Assembly (NCBI GenBank): GCA_963754925.1
Contig: CAVWHX010000004.1
Coordinates: 768,001 to 832,000, forward strand
Direction: 5' to 3'
Length of the DNA: 64,000 bases
DNA from: an uncultured delta proteobacterium
GTDB lineage: Bacteria > Myxococcota > B64-G9
In this document: positions 31,711 through 40,699 of the stretch, piece after piece
How positions within the stretch are numbered: position 1 is the stretch's first letter
Layout: the number at the start of each line of letters is the position of its first letter
Program-made: the position numbers and the translations under genes
Notes under the pieces: model-generated
What the model was told of the DNA's origin: nothing
Databases searched by the model: none
Seen by the model: the letters and a program-made list of their open reading frames with translations, nothing else

Positions 31711-32532
31711 CTATGGTGAATGCACCGGCTTCACCCCCACTGTTTTTTGATCGTAGACCGCGCCATCCAACAGGTGAGAGAGCCTCACATGCTTCATGGC
31801 GGCCAAGATGCTTCGTCGCACCCGCGGGTGAGAGGCGGCCACCTGTTCGATCAGCCGCGCGACCAGCTTACGCTGCGGATCGATGGCTCCCGTGTTGTAC
31901 GGGCATGCTATCTCAACCGGTTGGAAGCCGCGTTCCTTGGCAAAATCCTCCAAGAGCGAAGCCTCAACATAGCCAAGCGGCCGAATGACGAGATTACGGC
32001 CATCGTCGGATGTCAAGCGCACCGCCATTGATTTGGTCTGCCCGGTAAAGAACAAATTCATCAGCAAGGTCTCGACCAAATCATCGAGATGATGGCCAAG
32101 CGCAATTTTATTGCAGTTGAGATCAGGCGCCAAATCATACAGCACACCACGGCGCAACCGGGAACACAACGCGCAGGGGTTGGACCCCGGCCGTAGAGAC
32201 TTTTCGACATTGGAGCGGATATTGCGGGAGTAGACGTCAATCGTATAGCCCTGATCAGCCAGACGGCGCCGGACTAGGTCGGGCGCCTGAGTATCCCATC
32301 CCGCATCGAGAAATATAGGAACCAGTTCAAAAGCAAAGGGCGATCGCCGCCGGTGGAGATCCAATATATGCAATAGTGCAAAGGAGTCTTTGCCGCCCGA
32401 CACCGCCACGAGAATCCGATCCCGTGGCTCGATGAGTCGCAGGTCAGCGATCGCTTGTCCCACTCGGCGAAATATCACATGCTCGCAGCGCGAATGTGGC
32501 CGCGCCCGATTGGTCTTCGCGCGAACCGTCAC
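31711..32532 (-). CDS. ttcA: tRNA 2-thiocytidine biosynthesis protein TtcA
   Basis: SGGKDS PP-loop, CALCSRLRRG, GHHLDD, IRPL. Confidence 0.9.
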   Translation of the reverse strand: MTVRAKTNRARPHSRCEHVIFRRVGQAIADLRLIEPRDRILVAVSGGKDSFALLHILDLHRRRSPFAFELVPIFLDAGWDTQAPDLVRRRLADQGYTIDVYSRNIRSNVEKSLRPGSNPCALCSRLRRGVLYDLAPDLNCNKIALGHHLDDLVETLLMNLFFTGQTKSMAVRLTSDDGRNLVIRPLGYVEASLLEDFAKERGFQPVEIACPYNTGAIDPQRKLVARLIEQVAASHPRVRRSILAAMKHVRLSHLLDGAVYDQKTVGVKPVHSP

Positions 32533-32740
32533 TCGAATGTCTCCTGAAAACGCCCCTCCCCGGTAATACTGCTCTCTTTGTTTTTTTGTTGGCGCATGGA
32601 GTTATCCAGCCCTCGGCACTTCGGGACATGATACCAGTTTTCCATCAAACCTGCTAGGCTTACTGTACAGCTTCTCATCCCGGTTAACAGCCAAAAAAAT
32701 GCAATGTTTACTAGACCGTTAACTTTGACTTTATGTTTAG

Positions 32741-33706
32741 TTGGATGACCTTTATAATGCCACCCTTGTGGAAATTCATGGAAGTGCCAAAACACTCAAG
32801 AGTCTCTTTGAACGCCGCCTCGTGACCACTATCGGCAAGGGCGGGGTGGGAAAAACGTTTCTATCTGCCTCGTTGGCGCTGGCAGCTTCGCTGACTGGCA
32901 AACGGGTTCTCCTGGCCGAGGTGCGTTGCAGGAATGCTCCTGGATTATTTAAAGTCACCACCAATGGAGTAGGTCCGCTCGTTCTCACCGAACGGCTCAC
33001 CTGGATGAATCTGACGCCGAAGATCGCGCTCGAGATTTACGGTCTGAAGCTGCTGCGATTCAAAGCCGTTTACCGGGCGGTGTTTGAGCAACGAAACATA
33101 CAACGTTTCCTTCGCGCCGTGCCGGCGCTGGCCGAAATCCTGGTTCTCGGCCACCTCACCTATTTGATCGAGCAAGGCGAATACGATCTGGTCGTGCTCG
33201 ACGCTCCTTCCACCGGACCGGGAAGGCTGCTGTTAGATGCACCGCGCGCCGTGCTCGGCAGCGCCCCGCGCGGCCCGCTGTACGACGGCGCCGCTTGGAT
33301 TGATGGATTACTTCAGGACCAGATTCGCAGCGCAATTAACCTGGCGGTGGTTCCCGAAGAGCTTCCCGTGCACGAGGCGATCGAGCTGCACCATCACTTA
33401 CGGGACAACCTCCGTCTTCCCCTCGGCGCCCTGCTTGTCAATCGGCTGTTGCCCGATCCCTTTCCGCCTCGCTCAAAAAAGTTGCTCAGTGTGCTGGGCA
33501 CCCTGCCGGCTGGCGAAGCGCTTGCCCACGCTGGGGCTTGGTACCGCGCTCGGTTGCGCATTCAGGAGGGACACCTCGACCGTCTCCGGGCCGGCGTGAA
33601 TTTGCCGATGCTGCAGGTAGCCGAGTCGCTTGACGTCCCCTATGGGCCTCCCGTGGTCGAGCAGGCGGCGCAGGCGTTTGCCCGTCTCCTCCAGGAGGCT
33701 CCATGA
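32741..33706 (+). CDS. ArsA/Get3-like ATPase (subunit 1)
   Basis: GKGGVGKT, VVLDAPSTG, PEELPVHE, VNR. Start uncertain. Confidence 0.85.
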   Translation: MDDLYNATLVEIHGSAKTLKSLFERRLVTTIGKGGVGKTFLSASLALAASLTGKRVLLAEVRCRNAPGLFKVTTNGVGPLVLTERLTWMNLTPKIALEIYGLKLLRFKAVYRAVFEQRNIQRFLRAVPALAEILVLGHLTYLIEQGEYDLVVLDAPSTGPGRLLLDAPRAVLGSAPRGPLYDGAAWIDGLLQDQIRSAINLAVVPEELPVHEAIELHHHLRDNLRLPLGALLVNRLLPDPFPPRSKKLLSVLGTLPAGEALAHAGAWYRARLRIQEGHLDRLRAGVNLPMLQVAESLDVPYGPPVVEQAAQAFARLLQEAP

Positions 33707-34857
33707 GCCTCGCCGCCTTGATTCGCAACCGGAGTATTCTGATCTCCGTTGGGACCGGCGGCGTGGGCAAGACGTCAACTGCCGCTATGCTCGGACTGCA
33801 GGCCGCGGCGCTCGGTAGAAAAGCGTTGGTACTCACCGTTGATCCGGCGCATCGGCTGGCCGACGCACTCGGATTACAGGAGCTCGAAGCCGGCCAGCCC
33901 CAGGAGCTATCAATAGAACGGCTCCGTAAGGCTTCGGTACCGGCCCAGACTTCCCTGAGCATCGCCATGCTCGACACCCGTCGCACGTGGAACGAACTCA
34001 TCGACCGTGAGGTCAAAGACCCTACACTCGCCAAGCGGATCCGTACCCACCCGTATTTTATCCGCCTGATAGATTTGGCTGGTTCCTACGAGTATGCCGC
34101 CATGGAAGAGCTCTACCACCTCTACACGCAGGGAGGTTACGAGCTTCTGATCCTCGACACGCCGCCCGCCGTACACGGCTTTGATTTTTTAGAGGCGCCG
34201 GATCGCCTGTTGGACGTTCTCGAGCATGAGGACGTTCGCTTCTTTCTGCGCTCCGTTATGCTTGCTTCGAACATCGGGTTGCGTCTGTTCGATTTTTCAG
34301 GCGGCTATATCATTCGAACGTTAGCGCGATTCACCGGGCTCTCCTTTTTGCGGGAATTGGCAACCTTCATCGACCTTTTCAGCGGACTGTTCACGGGCTT
34401 TCGCCAGCGTTCGGCGGCAGTGCGCGCGATGTTGCGCTCCGAGCTTACGGCCTTCGTGCTCGTGACCGCCGTTGACGCTTGCCAAATCGAGGAAACCGCC
34501 GCCTTGCAGCGGCGGTTGATCCGCCACGGGATGAATCCTCAGATCCTTGTCGCCAATCGGGTGCTCAGAGCGCCCGCTGCGCTGCCGGCAGCGGAGGACC
34601 TGCTGCCCAAACTCAAGACAGCGCTCATGCGGAAAGCCGCGGCCAGCGAAAAGGCAGCCGACGATCTCCTGCGCGGCTGTCAACAGGCCCACGCGCGCTT
34701 GAGCGCCATCGCTGCGCGCGGCCAGCTTCAGCTCGAAAACCTTAAAGCGGCTATCAAGAATTGTCCATTGACTATTGTCCCGTTGCTCCCGCAGGATATC
34801 CATGACCTGGCGGGCCTCGAGCTGCTGCGCCGAGAAGTTTTTAACAGTGAAAAATAG
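33703..34857 (+). CDS. ArsA/Get3-like ATPase (subunit 2)
   Basis: GTGGVGKT, TVDPAHRLADALG, LDTPP...FLEAP, VANR; ATGA overlap with the upstream paralog. Confidence 0.88.
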   Translation: MSLAALIRNRSILISVGTGGVGKTSTAAMLGLQAAALGRKALVLTVDPAHRLADALGLQELEAGQPQELSIERLRKASVPAQTSLSIAMLDTRRTWNELIDREVKDPTLAKRIRTHPYFIRLIDLAGSYEYAAMEELYHLYTQGGYELLILDTPPAVHGFDFLEAPDRLLDVLEHEDVRFFLRSVMLASNIGLRLFDFSGGYIIRTLARFTGLSFLRELATFIDLFSGLFTGFRQRSAAVRAMLRSELTAFVLVTAVDACQIEETAALQRRLIRHGMNPQILVANRVLRAPAALPAAEDLLPKLKTALMRKAAASEKAADDLLRGCQQAHARLSAIAARGQLQLENLKAAIKNCPLTIVPLLPQDIHDLAGLELLRREVFNSEK

Positions 34858-34976
34858 TAACCTATGTCATTTAGTTCTGTCTTGCATATCGATTATTTTG
34901 CCATCATTATTAGAATAAGAATTTAATGCTGTAGAAATTCGCATCAATATGCCGATAAAATATTGGAGTCAGTTCT

Positions 34977-35694
34977 ATGAGTAAAACTTTCAATGTCTAC
35001 TGCGACGAGAGTGCTCACCTCCCAGGTCAACAGCAACCAATAATGGTTTTGGGGGCTATCTGGTGTGAGTACGATAAAACCAGAGAGATTGCAGACCACG
35101 TTAGAGAGATTAAAGCGAAACATGGCATCAACCCACAGCAAGAAATCAAATGGACAAAAGTATCCCGGAAAAAAATAGATATGTATCTCGATTTAGCTAA
35201 TTACTTTTTCGATAACGACAACCTACGATTTCGAGCTTTGCTGAATTCTTAACAAAGAAAAATTAGACCACCAACAGTTCGGGCAGGATCATGACACGTG
35301 GTATTTCAAGATGTATTTCCGCATGCTCGAGGTAATAATCAATCCTAAAGATCGTTTCAGAATTTATCTGGACATCAAGGACACACGAAGTGCGGAGAAG
35401 ATACGAAAACTTCATGAAGTACTCTGCAATACAATCCGCGATTTCGACCGAAACGTTGTCGAACGGGTCCAGACCGTTCGTTCGCATGAGGTTCAACAAC
35501 TACAATTAACGGATCTACTCATAGGTGCCGTTCGCTATGCAAATTCGCAGATTGGTTCATCTAAGACCAAGCTGTTTCTTGTCGACCACATAAGGAAAAG
35601 GTCCGGGTACACCCTCAATTGCTCGACTCTATTGCGTGAAGATAAGTTCAATCTATTTTTCTGGAGGCCTCAGGAGACTTGTGTCAATGAATGA
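34977..35694 (+). CDS. DUF3800 family (predicted RNase H-like fold) protein, +1 frameshift at ~35244
   Basis: YCDES, EIKWTK, YLD, QLTDLLIGA motifs. Removing one A at 35244-45 joins the two ORFs (...FRALLILNKEKLDHQQFGQDHDTWYFKMYF...) into 238 aa. Confidence 0.8.
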
Positions 35695-36172
35695 CTGGCT
35701 TCCGGAACTCATCCTTCTCGATGATTATGATGGCGATTGGTCTGCTTACATTGATGATGTCTATAAAGCGTTTCACAACGATTTCATTGTGAGCAAACCT
35801 AATTATAAAGGCCGACCAGTCGCTGTTCGTAGGGAACCTCGAGACCAAGGTAAGGAAGCGGGGTTTTGGCATGCAACTTCTCAAGGCCAAACGGAATGGG
35901 AGCGTACTCCAGATATCCGCCGCTGCGAACGAATCAAATGGATTCGACGATTAATAGAATGTACAGAAAAAGAAAAAGTTCGAACTTGGGAAACCATTCG
36001 TGGTGCCGACAGAAGGATAATAATATCGTTACCTGACTTCAGCTACATTGTTGTTCTTGCAATTCGGAAGACGTACACAATTTTTGTTACTGCGTTCTTC
36101 GTAGAGTATGAAAATCGACGCAGGAAATTCAAAAGGGAATGGGTAGCTTGGAATGAATCCCAAAAAGGCTGA
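35687..36172 (+). CDS. Hypothetical protein (161 aa) coupled to DUF3800; possible BECR/RelE-like RNase
   Basis: AGGAG RBS, 8-bp overlap with the DUF3800 stop; FWH, RCERIKWI, YIVVL...FVTAF. The fold assignment is inference. Confidence 0.75.
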   Translation: MNDWLPELILLDDYDGDWSAYIDDVYKAFHNDFIVSKPNYKGRPVAVRREPRDQGKEAGFWHATSQGQTEWERTPDIRRCERIKWIRRLIECTEKEKVRTWETIRGADRRIIISLPDFSYIVVLAIRKTYTIFVTAFFVEYENRRRKFKREWVAWNESQKG

Positions 36173-36224
36173 TGCCGCCCAAAAAGGACGGCACCGGTAC
36201 TCCTTCTACCATAGGTAGATGAGT
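36162..36224 (+). ncRNA. Putative structured RNA (two hairpins) downstream of the DUF3800 operon
   Basis: TGCCG-CCC-AAAAA-GGA-CGGCA and ACTC-CT-TCTACC-ATA-GGTAGA-T-GAGT; GC-rich within AT-rich flanks; no U tract after it on the + strand. Confidence 0.55.
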
Positions 36225-36329
36225 TAGTAAGGATTCTAAGCATTCTAAGTATGATAAGCAAGATAATAATGATAAGCAGGCTTATTGGGATGGCGCATAT
36301 GTCCCGACATTTCTAACTAGACAAAATAC

Positions 36330-39113
36330 TTATGGAATATTTCTTCCTGATACTAACTTACCTTGTCTAGAATGTTTGGGTTTCTCGACTATTAATTGCG
36401 CCGTGTACTGCCGATAAAGCTCAAAAAGAAACGCCACCCTTTCGGCGTCGTTCTTGAAAATCTTTTTGCCGTAGGCCGCGTCCACGACGGCGTCGAGGCG
36501 TTGGTGGGCTTTGAGCAGCTCCGGCGGCATGGTGAGCGGATCGTAAAGGTCAGCCAGCGATGAATTTGAATACTTAGCGCGGCAGTCAAGGACACCCTGT
36601 GCCGCAGACTCGATTTTCTTTCGCTGTGCATCGGTTACGTTCGGCGGCCAGGGGAAATTGTTGTAGACAATGTCCTTGGAATAACGATAATCGCTTTTCA
36701 GCCTCCCGGCAGCGTAACGGACCCAGGCGTTATGCATCGTCGAGCTCATGACACCAAAATGATAATGGGTTGCGTTTGGTATCAACAGAACCTGATCGTT
36801 ACCAATTGTTGTCGAGGGCATGAAACCGATAGGTATGAATATACGTCGCTCAGAAGAGACGCGAGGCACTAGCAGATAATCAGTATCAGGCTGGGCGATC
36901 TGGCAGAATAGACCTGGTGTTGCGGCAAATTTTCGTGTTGATGACGCTTTGCTCTCCAGCCGGAATTTCCTAACAGTATCTAATCGTGAAAGTACTTTTG
37001 GTGACTTCGCTATTAGATCAGGTGGGGCGCCGACCAACCAAAGGCAATAGCGCTCGCCCGCATTTAGAAACTCCTCGGCGCCAGAGTATCGCAGTACATA
37101 GGGTTCCATCCACGGTTCGGCGGTCAATAAATCATTACGCTCAGATCGTGACAAAATAAGATTGCCGCCATCACGTGGCATACTGCCGAAACGCATGCGA
37201 GGAAGATCACATATCGGTTTATCTCGGTTGTCTAAGAAAATCTCCGGTGCATCGACAAGGTATGCATTGATTTTGTCAACTAATACCTCGTGCGGCTCGC
37301 CACCAACATTATCATACACGAATAAACGACATTTTTGCGGAACATCGTGAGCAAACCCAACAATGACACAATGTACTGCTGCAATACCACGAGCTTCGTT
37401 AGACCAGCGGAAAGTTCTATGCGCAAAATTAATATGCAGATTGAATCTATCCATCAGTGGCTTCCATAGTAATCCAACCTGCTCACCCTGTGTAATTGAG
37501 TTTGTTGACACGAATGCAGCTCGAATCGGGCGGCCCTGCATGTAGTGCGCGGCCTTCCAATACCAGCAACAAACGTAGTCAAGAACACCGTAACCTTTCA
37601 GGTTAGAAAAAACCTTTGCCATATCGTTTCGTTGTGTTTCACTCATTACCATCGCTCCCACGAAGGGCGGGTTTCCGAAAACAAAGCTCGCCCTCTCGGC
37701 GGGAAGCACCTGGTTCCAGTCCAACTCAAGCGAATTCGTATAGTTGATGTTGGGCGCGGTCTTCAAGGGGATGCGAGCGAAGTACATGCCGAATTCTTCA
37801 GACACGAGAACGTTCATCTGGTGATCCATGAGCCACAAGGCCACCTGGGCGATCTGTGCAGGGAATTCCTCGATCTCGATGCCGTAGAACTGGTCCACGT
37901 CCACAGCTATAAGCTGCTGAACATCGAGCTCCCGCTGGCTACTGCTTCGGCTTACTCGCAGTACTTCCAGCTCCAGCTTCCGCAGCTCCCTATAGGCGAT
38001 GACAAGGAAGTTGCCACAGCCACAGGCAGGATCGAAAAATGTGAGTCGGCGAAGTTTCTTGTGAAATTCGAAAAGCTTGTTTTTGTTTCCCCTCACCTTC
38101 TTGAACTCGTCCCACAAGTCATCAACGAAAAGAGGCTTGATAACTTTAAGTATGTTTTCCTCGCTGGTGTAGTGGGCGCCTAGATTCCGCCGAGCCTTTT
38201 CATCCATTATGCTTTGAAAGAGAGCACCGAAGATTGCGGGCGAGATCTTGCTCCAGTCAAGCGCGGTGCAATCGAGCAACGCCTCACGCATAGCAGAGTC
38301 GAAGGAAGCGATAGGTAGCGTCTCTTCGAAGAGTTTTCCGTTGACAAAAGGAAAGGCGGCCAGTTGCTCATCGAGGTTCTTCATACGTTTGTTTTCGTGT
38401 GTGTTGAGCACCTGGAAAAGCTGTGCAATCTGAGATCCAAGGTCGCTCCCGTCGGAAGAGGTTCGCTCTTCAATCCATGCCTTGAATGCGCCAGCTGGCT
38501 GAAAAATGCCCGTATCCTCGGCGAACAGGCAAAACAAAAGACGTACCAGCAAGGCCTCAAGAGGGTGACCCTCGTAGCCACTGCTTTTTAACTGATCATG
38601 CAGTCTTCCCAAGAGCTCCGCTGCCTGGATGTTTACCGGGTTCTGTGGTGTAAAAGGTTGTGTGCTATAACCGGCCATAAAGGCGAAATGCTTTATATAC
38701 TTATGCAGATCGGCAAGGTGAAATTCGACATCGGTTTTAGCCTCAAGATCGTAAAGGCGGAAACGATCGAAGTCCGATACCAGAATGTAGTTCGGTAGAT
38801 CACGTTCGGAAATTCCGTCGAAGTAATCCGCGGCCTGGGCGAACGCGCGGTCGAGATCAGCACCGCGGCTCTTGTGTTCTATAAGTAGCTTACTCTTCCA
38901 GAAGGCGTCAATGCGGCCGTGCTTGAGTTTGGCGCCAGCACGCGTAATTTCAACGTGTTTTTCGAATATGGCAACGCGCTTTCTGTCAATACCGAAAATG
39001 TTAAAGAACTCATTCCAGAAGCTTTGTGCCGAGGCGCGCTCAGAATCTTCATCAACCCATCGGCGGGAAAATGCAATGGCACGGTTTCTGATTTCGTTCC
39101 ATGATAGTGGCAT
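36330..39113 (-). CDS. MmeI-like type IIL restriction-modification enzyme (fused endonuclease + m6A MTase + TRD)
   Basis: N-terminal GRIDAFW...LIEHKS (PD-ExK), GAHYTS, DPACGCGNF (motif I), GNPPF (motif IV), STNSITQGEQ, GRLKSDYRYS, YNNFPWP. Confidence 0.9.
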   Translation of the reverse strand: MPLSWNEIRNRAIAFSRRWVDEDSERASAQSFWNEFFNIFGIDRKRVAIFEKHVEITRAGAKLKHGRIDAFWKSKLLIEHKSRGADLDRAFAQAADYFDGISERDLPNYILVSDFDRFRLYDLEAKTDVEFHLADLHKYIKHFAFMAGYSTQPFTPQNPVNIQAAELLGRLHDQLKSSGYEGHPLEALLVRLLFCLFAEDTGIFQPAGAFKAWIEERTSSDGSDLGSQIAQLFQVLNTHENKRMKNLDEQLAAFPFVNGKLFEETLPIASFDSAMREALLDCTALDWSKISPAIFGALFQSIMDEKARRNLGAHYTSEENILKVIKPLFVDDLWDEFKKVRGNKNKLFEFHKKLRRLTFFDPACGCGNFLVIAYRELRKLELEVLRVSRSSSQRELDVQQLIAVDVDQFYGIEIEEFPAQIAQVALWLMDHQMNVLVSEEFGMYFARIPLKTAPNINYTNSLELDWNQVLPAERASFVFGNPPFVGAMVMSETQRNDMAKVFSNLKGYGVLDYVCCWYWKAAHYMQGRPIRAAFVSTNSITQGEQVGLLWKPLMDRFNLHINFAHRTFRWSNEARGIAAVHCVIVGFAHDVPQKCRLFVYDNVGGEPHEVLVDKINAYLVDAPEIFLDNRDKPICDLPRMRFGSMPRDGGNLILSRSERNDLLTAEPWMEPYVLRYSGAEEFLNAGERYCLWLVGAPPDLIAKSPKVLSRLDTVRKFRLESKASSTRKFAATPGLFCQIAQPDTDYLLVPRVSSERRIFIPIGFMPSTTIGNDQVLLIPNATHYHFGVMSSTMHNAWVRYAAGRLKSDYRYSKDIVYNNFPWPPNVTDAQRKKIESAAQGVLDCRAKYSNSSLADLYDPLTMPPELLKAHQRLDAVVDAAYGKKIFKNDAERVAFLFELYRQYTAQLIVEKPKHSRQGKLVSGRNIP

Positions 39114-39286
39114 ATGTCTTCCCTGGGACAATATTGACAGTCAAAGATTATGCAATGATGACATCCCGCCTTCGTTATTGACCCATTTAGAACTTGTTAG
39201 CCACCAAAAAATACATCCGCACAAAACGCAGAGTCAAGAATCCCAATCCCTGAAAAAAAACTTGTCTTGAGCGAAAACCAGGTCAG

Positions 39287-39328
39287 GATGTAGCTCTATC
39301 CCCATTAGATGTAGTTCCATCTCCGATA
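39287..39328. repeat. Two imperfect 21-bp direct repeats, each containing GAT-N8-ATC
   Basis: GATGTAGCTCTATCCCCATTA / GATGTAGTTCCATCTCCGATA in the divergent RM-thiD gap. Confidence 0.6.
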
Positions 39329-39458
39329 GTATTTTCAATCTTATTTTGATCCTTATATACGTTACATTAGAATGGGTAATCGGTTAGACAGAAATATAGT
39401 GTATTCACTTTCAATGAGTAATTGAATGTCACAAAAGGCGAAAAAAAATTCACGCGAG

Positions 39459-40289
39459 ATGAAACGCATCCTCACCATCGCCGGTTCGGATTCGGGAGGC
39501 GGGGCCGGCATCCAGGCTGATTTAAAAGTGATCACCTTGCTCGGTGAGTACGGACTCAGCGTCCTCACGGCCCTCACCGCTCAGAACACCCTCGGCGTGC
39601 AAGCAACCTACCCCATCCCGCCGCGCATGGTCGAAGCACAGCTTAAGAGCGTGCTCACCGATATCGGCGCGGATGCGGCCAAAACCGGCATGCTCGCCAC
39701 CGCCGCCGTGGTTTCGGTAGTGGCCCGCGCGGTTCGCATCTACCAGATCACTCCCGTGGTGGTCGACCCGGTGATGGTTGCCAAGGACGGCAGCCGGCTG
39801 CTTTCGGTGCCTGCCATCAAGCGCTTGCGTGAGGAGCTCCTTCCGCTCGCCACGGTGGTCACCCCCAATCTGCCCGAGGCCGAGATCCTGTGCGGATTCC
39901 CCGTGCGAAACGTCGCGGATATGCGTCGAGCTGCCAAGGCAATCATCGCGTTCGGACCAAAAAACGTGCTCATCAAAGGCGGTCATCTCAGCGGTCCGGC
40001 CGTTGACCTGCTCTATGATGGTCGCAGTTTTAAAGAATTCGCCGTAGTCCGTCAGAGTAATGCAAACACCCATGGCACCGGCTGTTCCTTTTCTGCAGCC
40101 CTTACCACGTTCCTGGCCCAAGGCTATCGAATGCCGGAGGCGGTGGCGCAAACCAAAAGCATCATCACGGCAGCCATCAAAGACGGCCTGGCGTTGGGCG
40201 CTGGAATCGGCCCGGTCAACCCACACCCGTATTTCCACAAACGAAGGAAACTCGTGTTCGCCCCAACGCCTCGAGGAGGCAGCCGATGA
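39459..40289 (+). CDS. thiD: Hydroxymethylpyrimidine/phosphomethylpyrimidine kinase
   Basis: [43 protein letters not shown]. Confidence 0.96.
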   Translation: MKRILTIAGSDSGGGAGIQADLKVITLLGEYGLSVLTALTAQNTLGVQATYPIPPRMVEAQLKSVLTDIGADAAKTGMLATAAVVSVVARAVRIYQITPVVVDPVMVAKDGSRLLSVPAIKRLREELLPLATVVTPNLPEAEILCGFPVRNVADMRRAAKAIIAFGPKNVLIKGGHLSGPAVDLLYDGRSFKEFAVVRQSNANTHGTGCSFSAALTTFLAQGYRMPEAVAQTKSIITAAIKDGLALGAGIGPVNPHPYFHKRRKLVFAPTPRGGSR

Positions 40290-40699
40290 AATCTTTCAAG
40301 GTCAAGACAAAAAGCCGCGAGGAGCTGATTGATATTACATCGTTGGTAACAACTGCCCTCCAGGAAAGCAAAGCAACGGAGGGTATGTGCGTGGTGTATT
40401 GCCCGCACACAACCGCCGGGATCACCATCAATGAAAACGCCGACCCTGACGTCGTGCGCGATCTGCTTTTTGCCCTTGACCGTGCCGTACCGCTGGAAGG
40501 CGGATACCATCACGCCGAAGGCAACAGCGCGGCCCATGTTAAATCGAGCTTGGTTGGCGCAAGCTGTTCAGTACTCTTCTCCGATGGACGATTAGTGCTT
40601 GGCCAATGGCAATCGATCTTTTTCTGCGAGTTTGACGGCCCGCGCAATCGCACGGTGTTGGTTCAGATACTTCCAACCAGGGACGGAGTCGCGTTGTGA
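40286..40699 (+). CDS. yjbQ: YjbQ/UPF0047 family protein
   Basis: HTTAGITINENADPDV, HAEGNSAAHVK, LGQWQSIFFCEFDGPR. Confidence 0.92.
   Translation: MKSFKVKTKSREELIDITSLVTTALQESKATEGMCVVYCPHTTAGITINENADPDVVRDLLFALDRAVPLEGGYHHAEGNSAAHVKSSLVGASCSVLFSDGRLVLGQWQSIFFCEFDGPRNRTVLVQILPTRDGVAL

Noticed and set aside
32741..34857. Arsenic resistance operon
   Set aside because: No arsB/acr3/arsC/arsR/arsD nearby; the proteins look like the Get3-like tandem pair.
34977..35694. DUF3800 as a pseudogene or two separate genes
   Set aside because: A single-base deletion restores one ORF, and the same error type occurs in essential atpB and tatC.
39130..39458. TPP riboswitch upstream of thiD
   Set aside because: No CTGAGA / CCTGA...AGCGTAGGGA-type core found; the region is AT-rich and unstructured.
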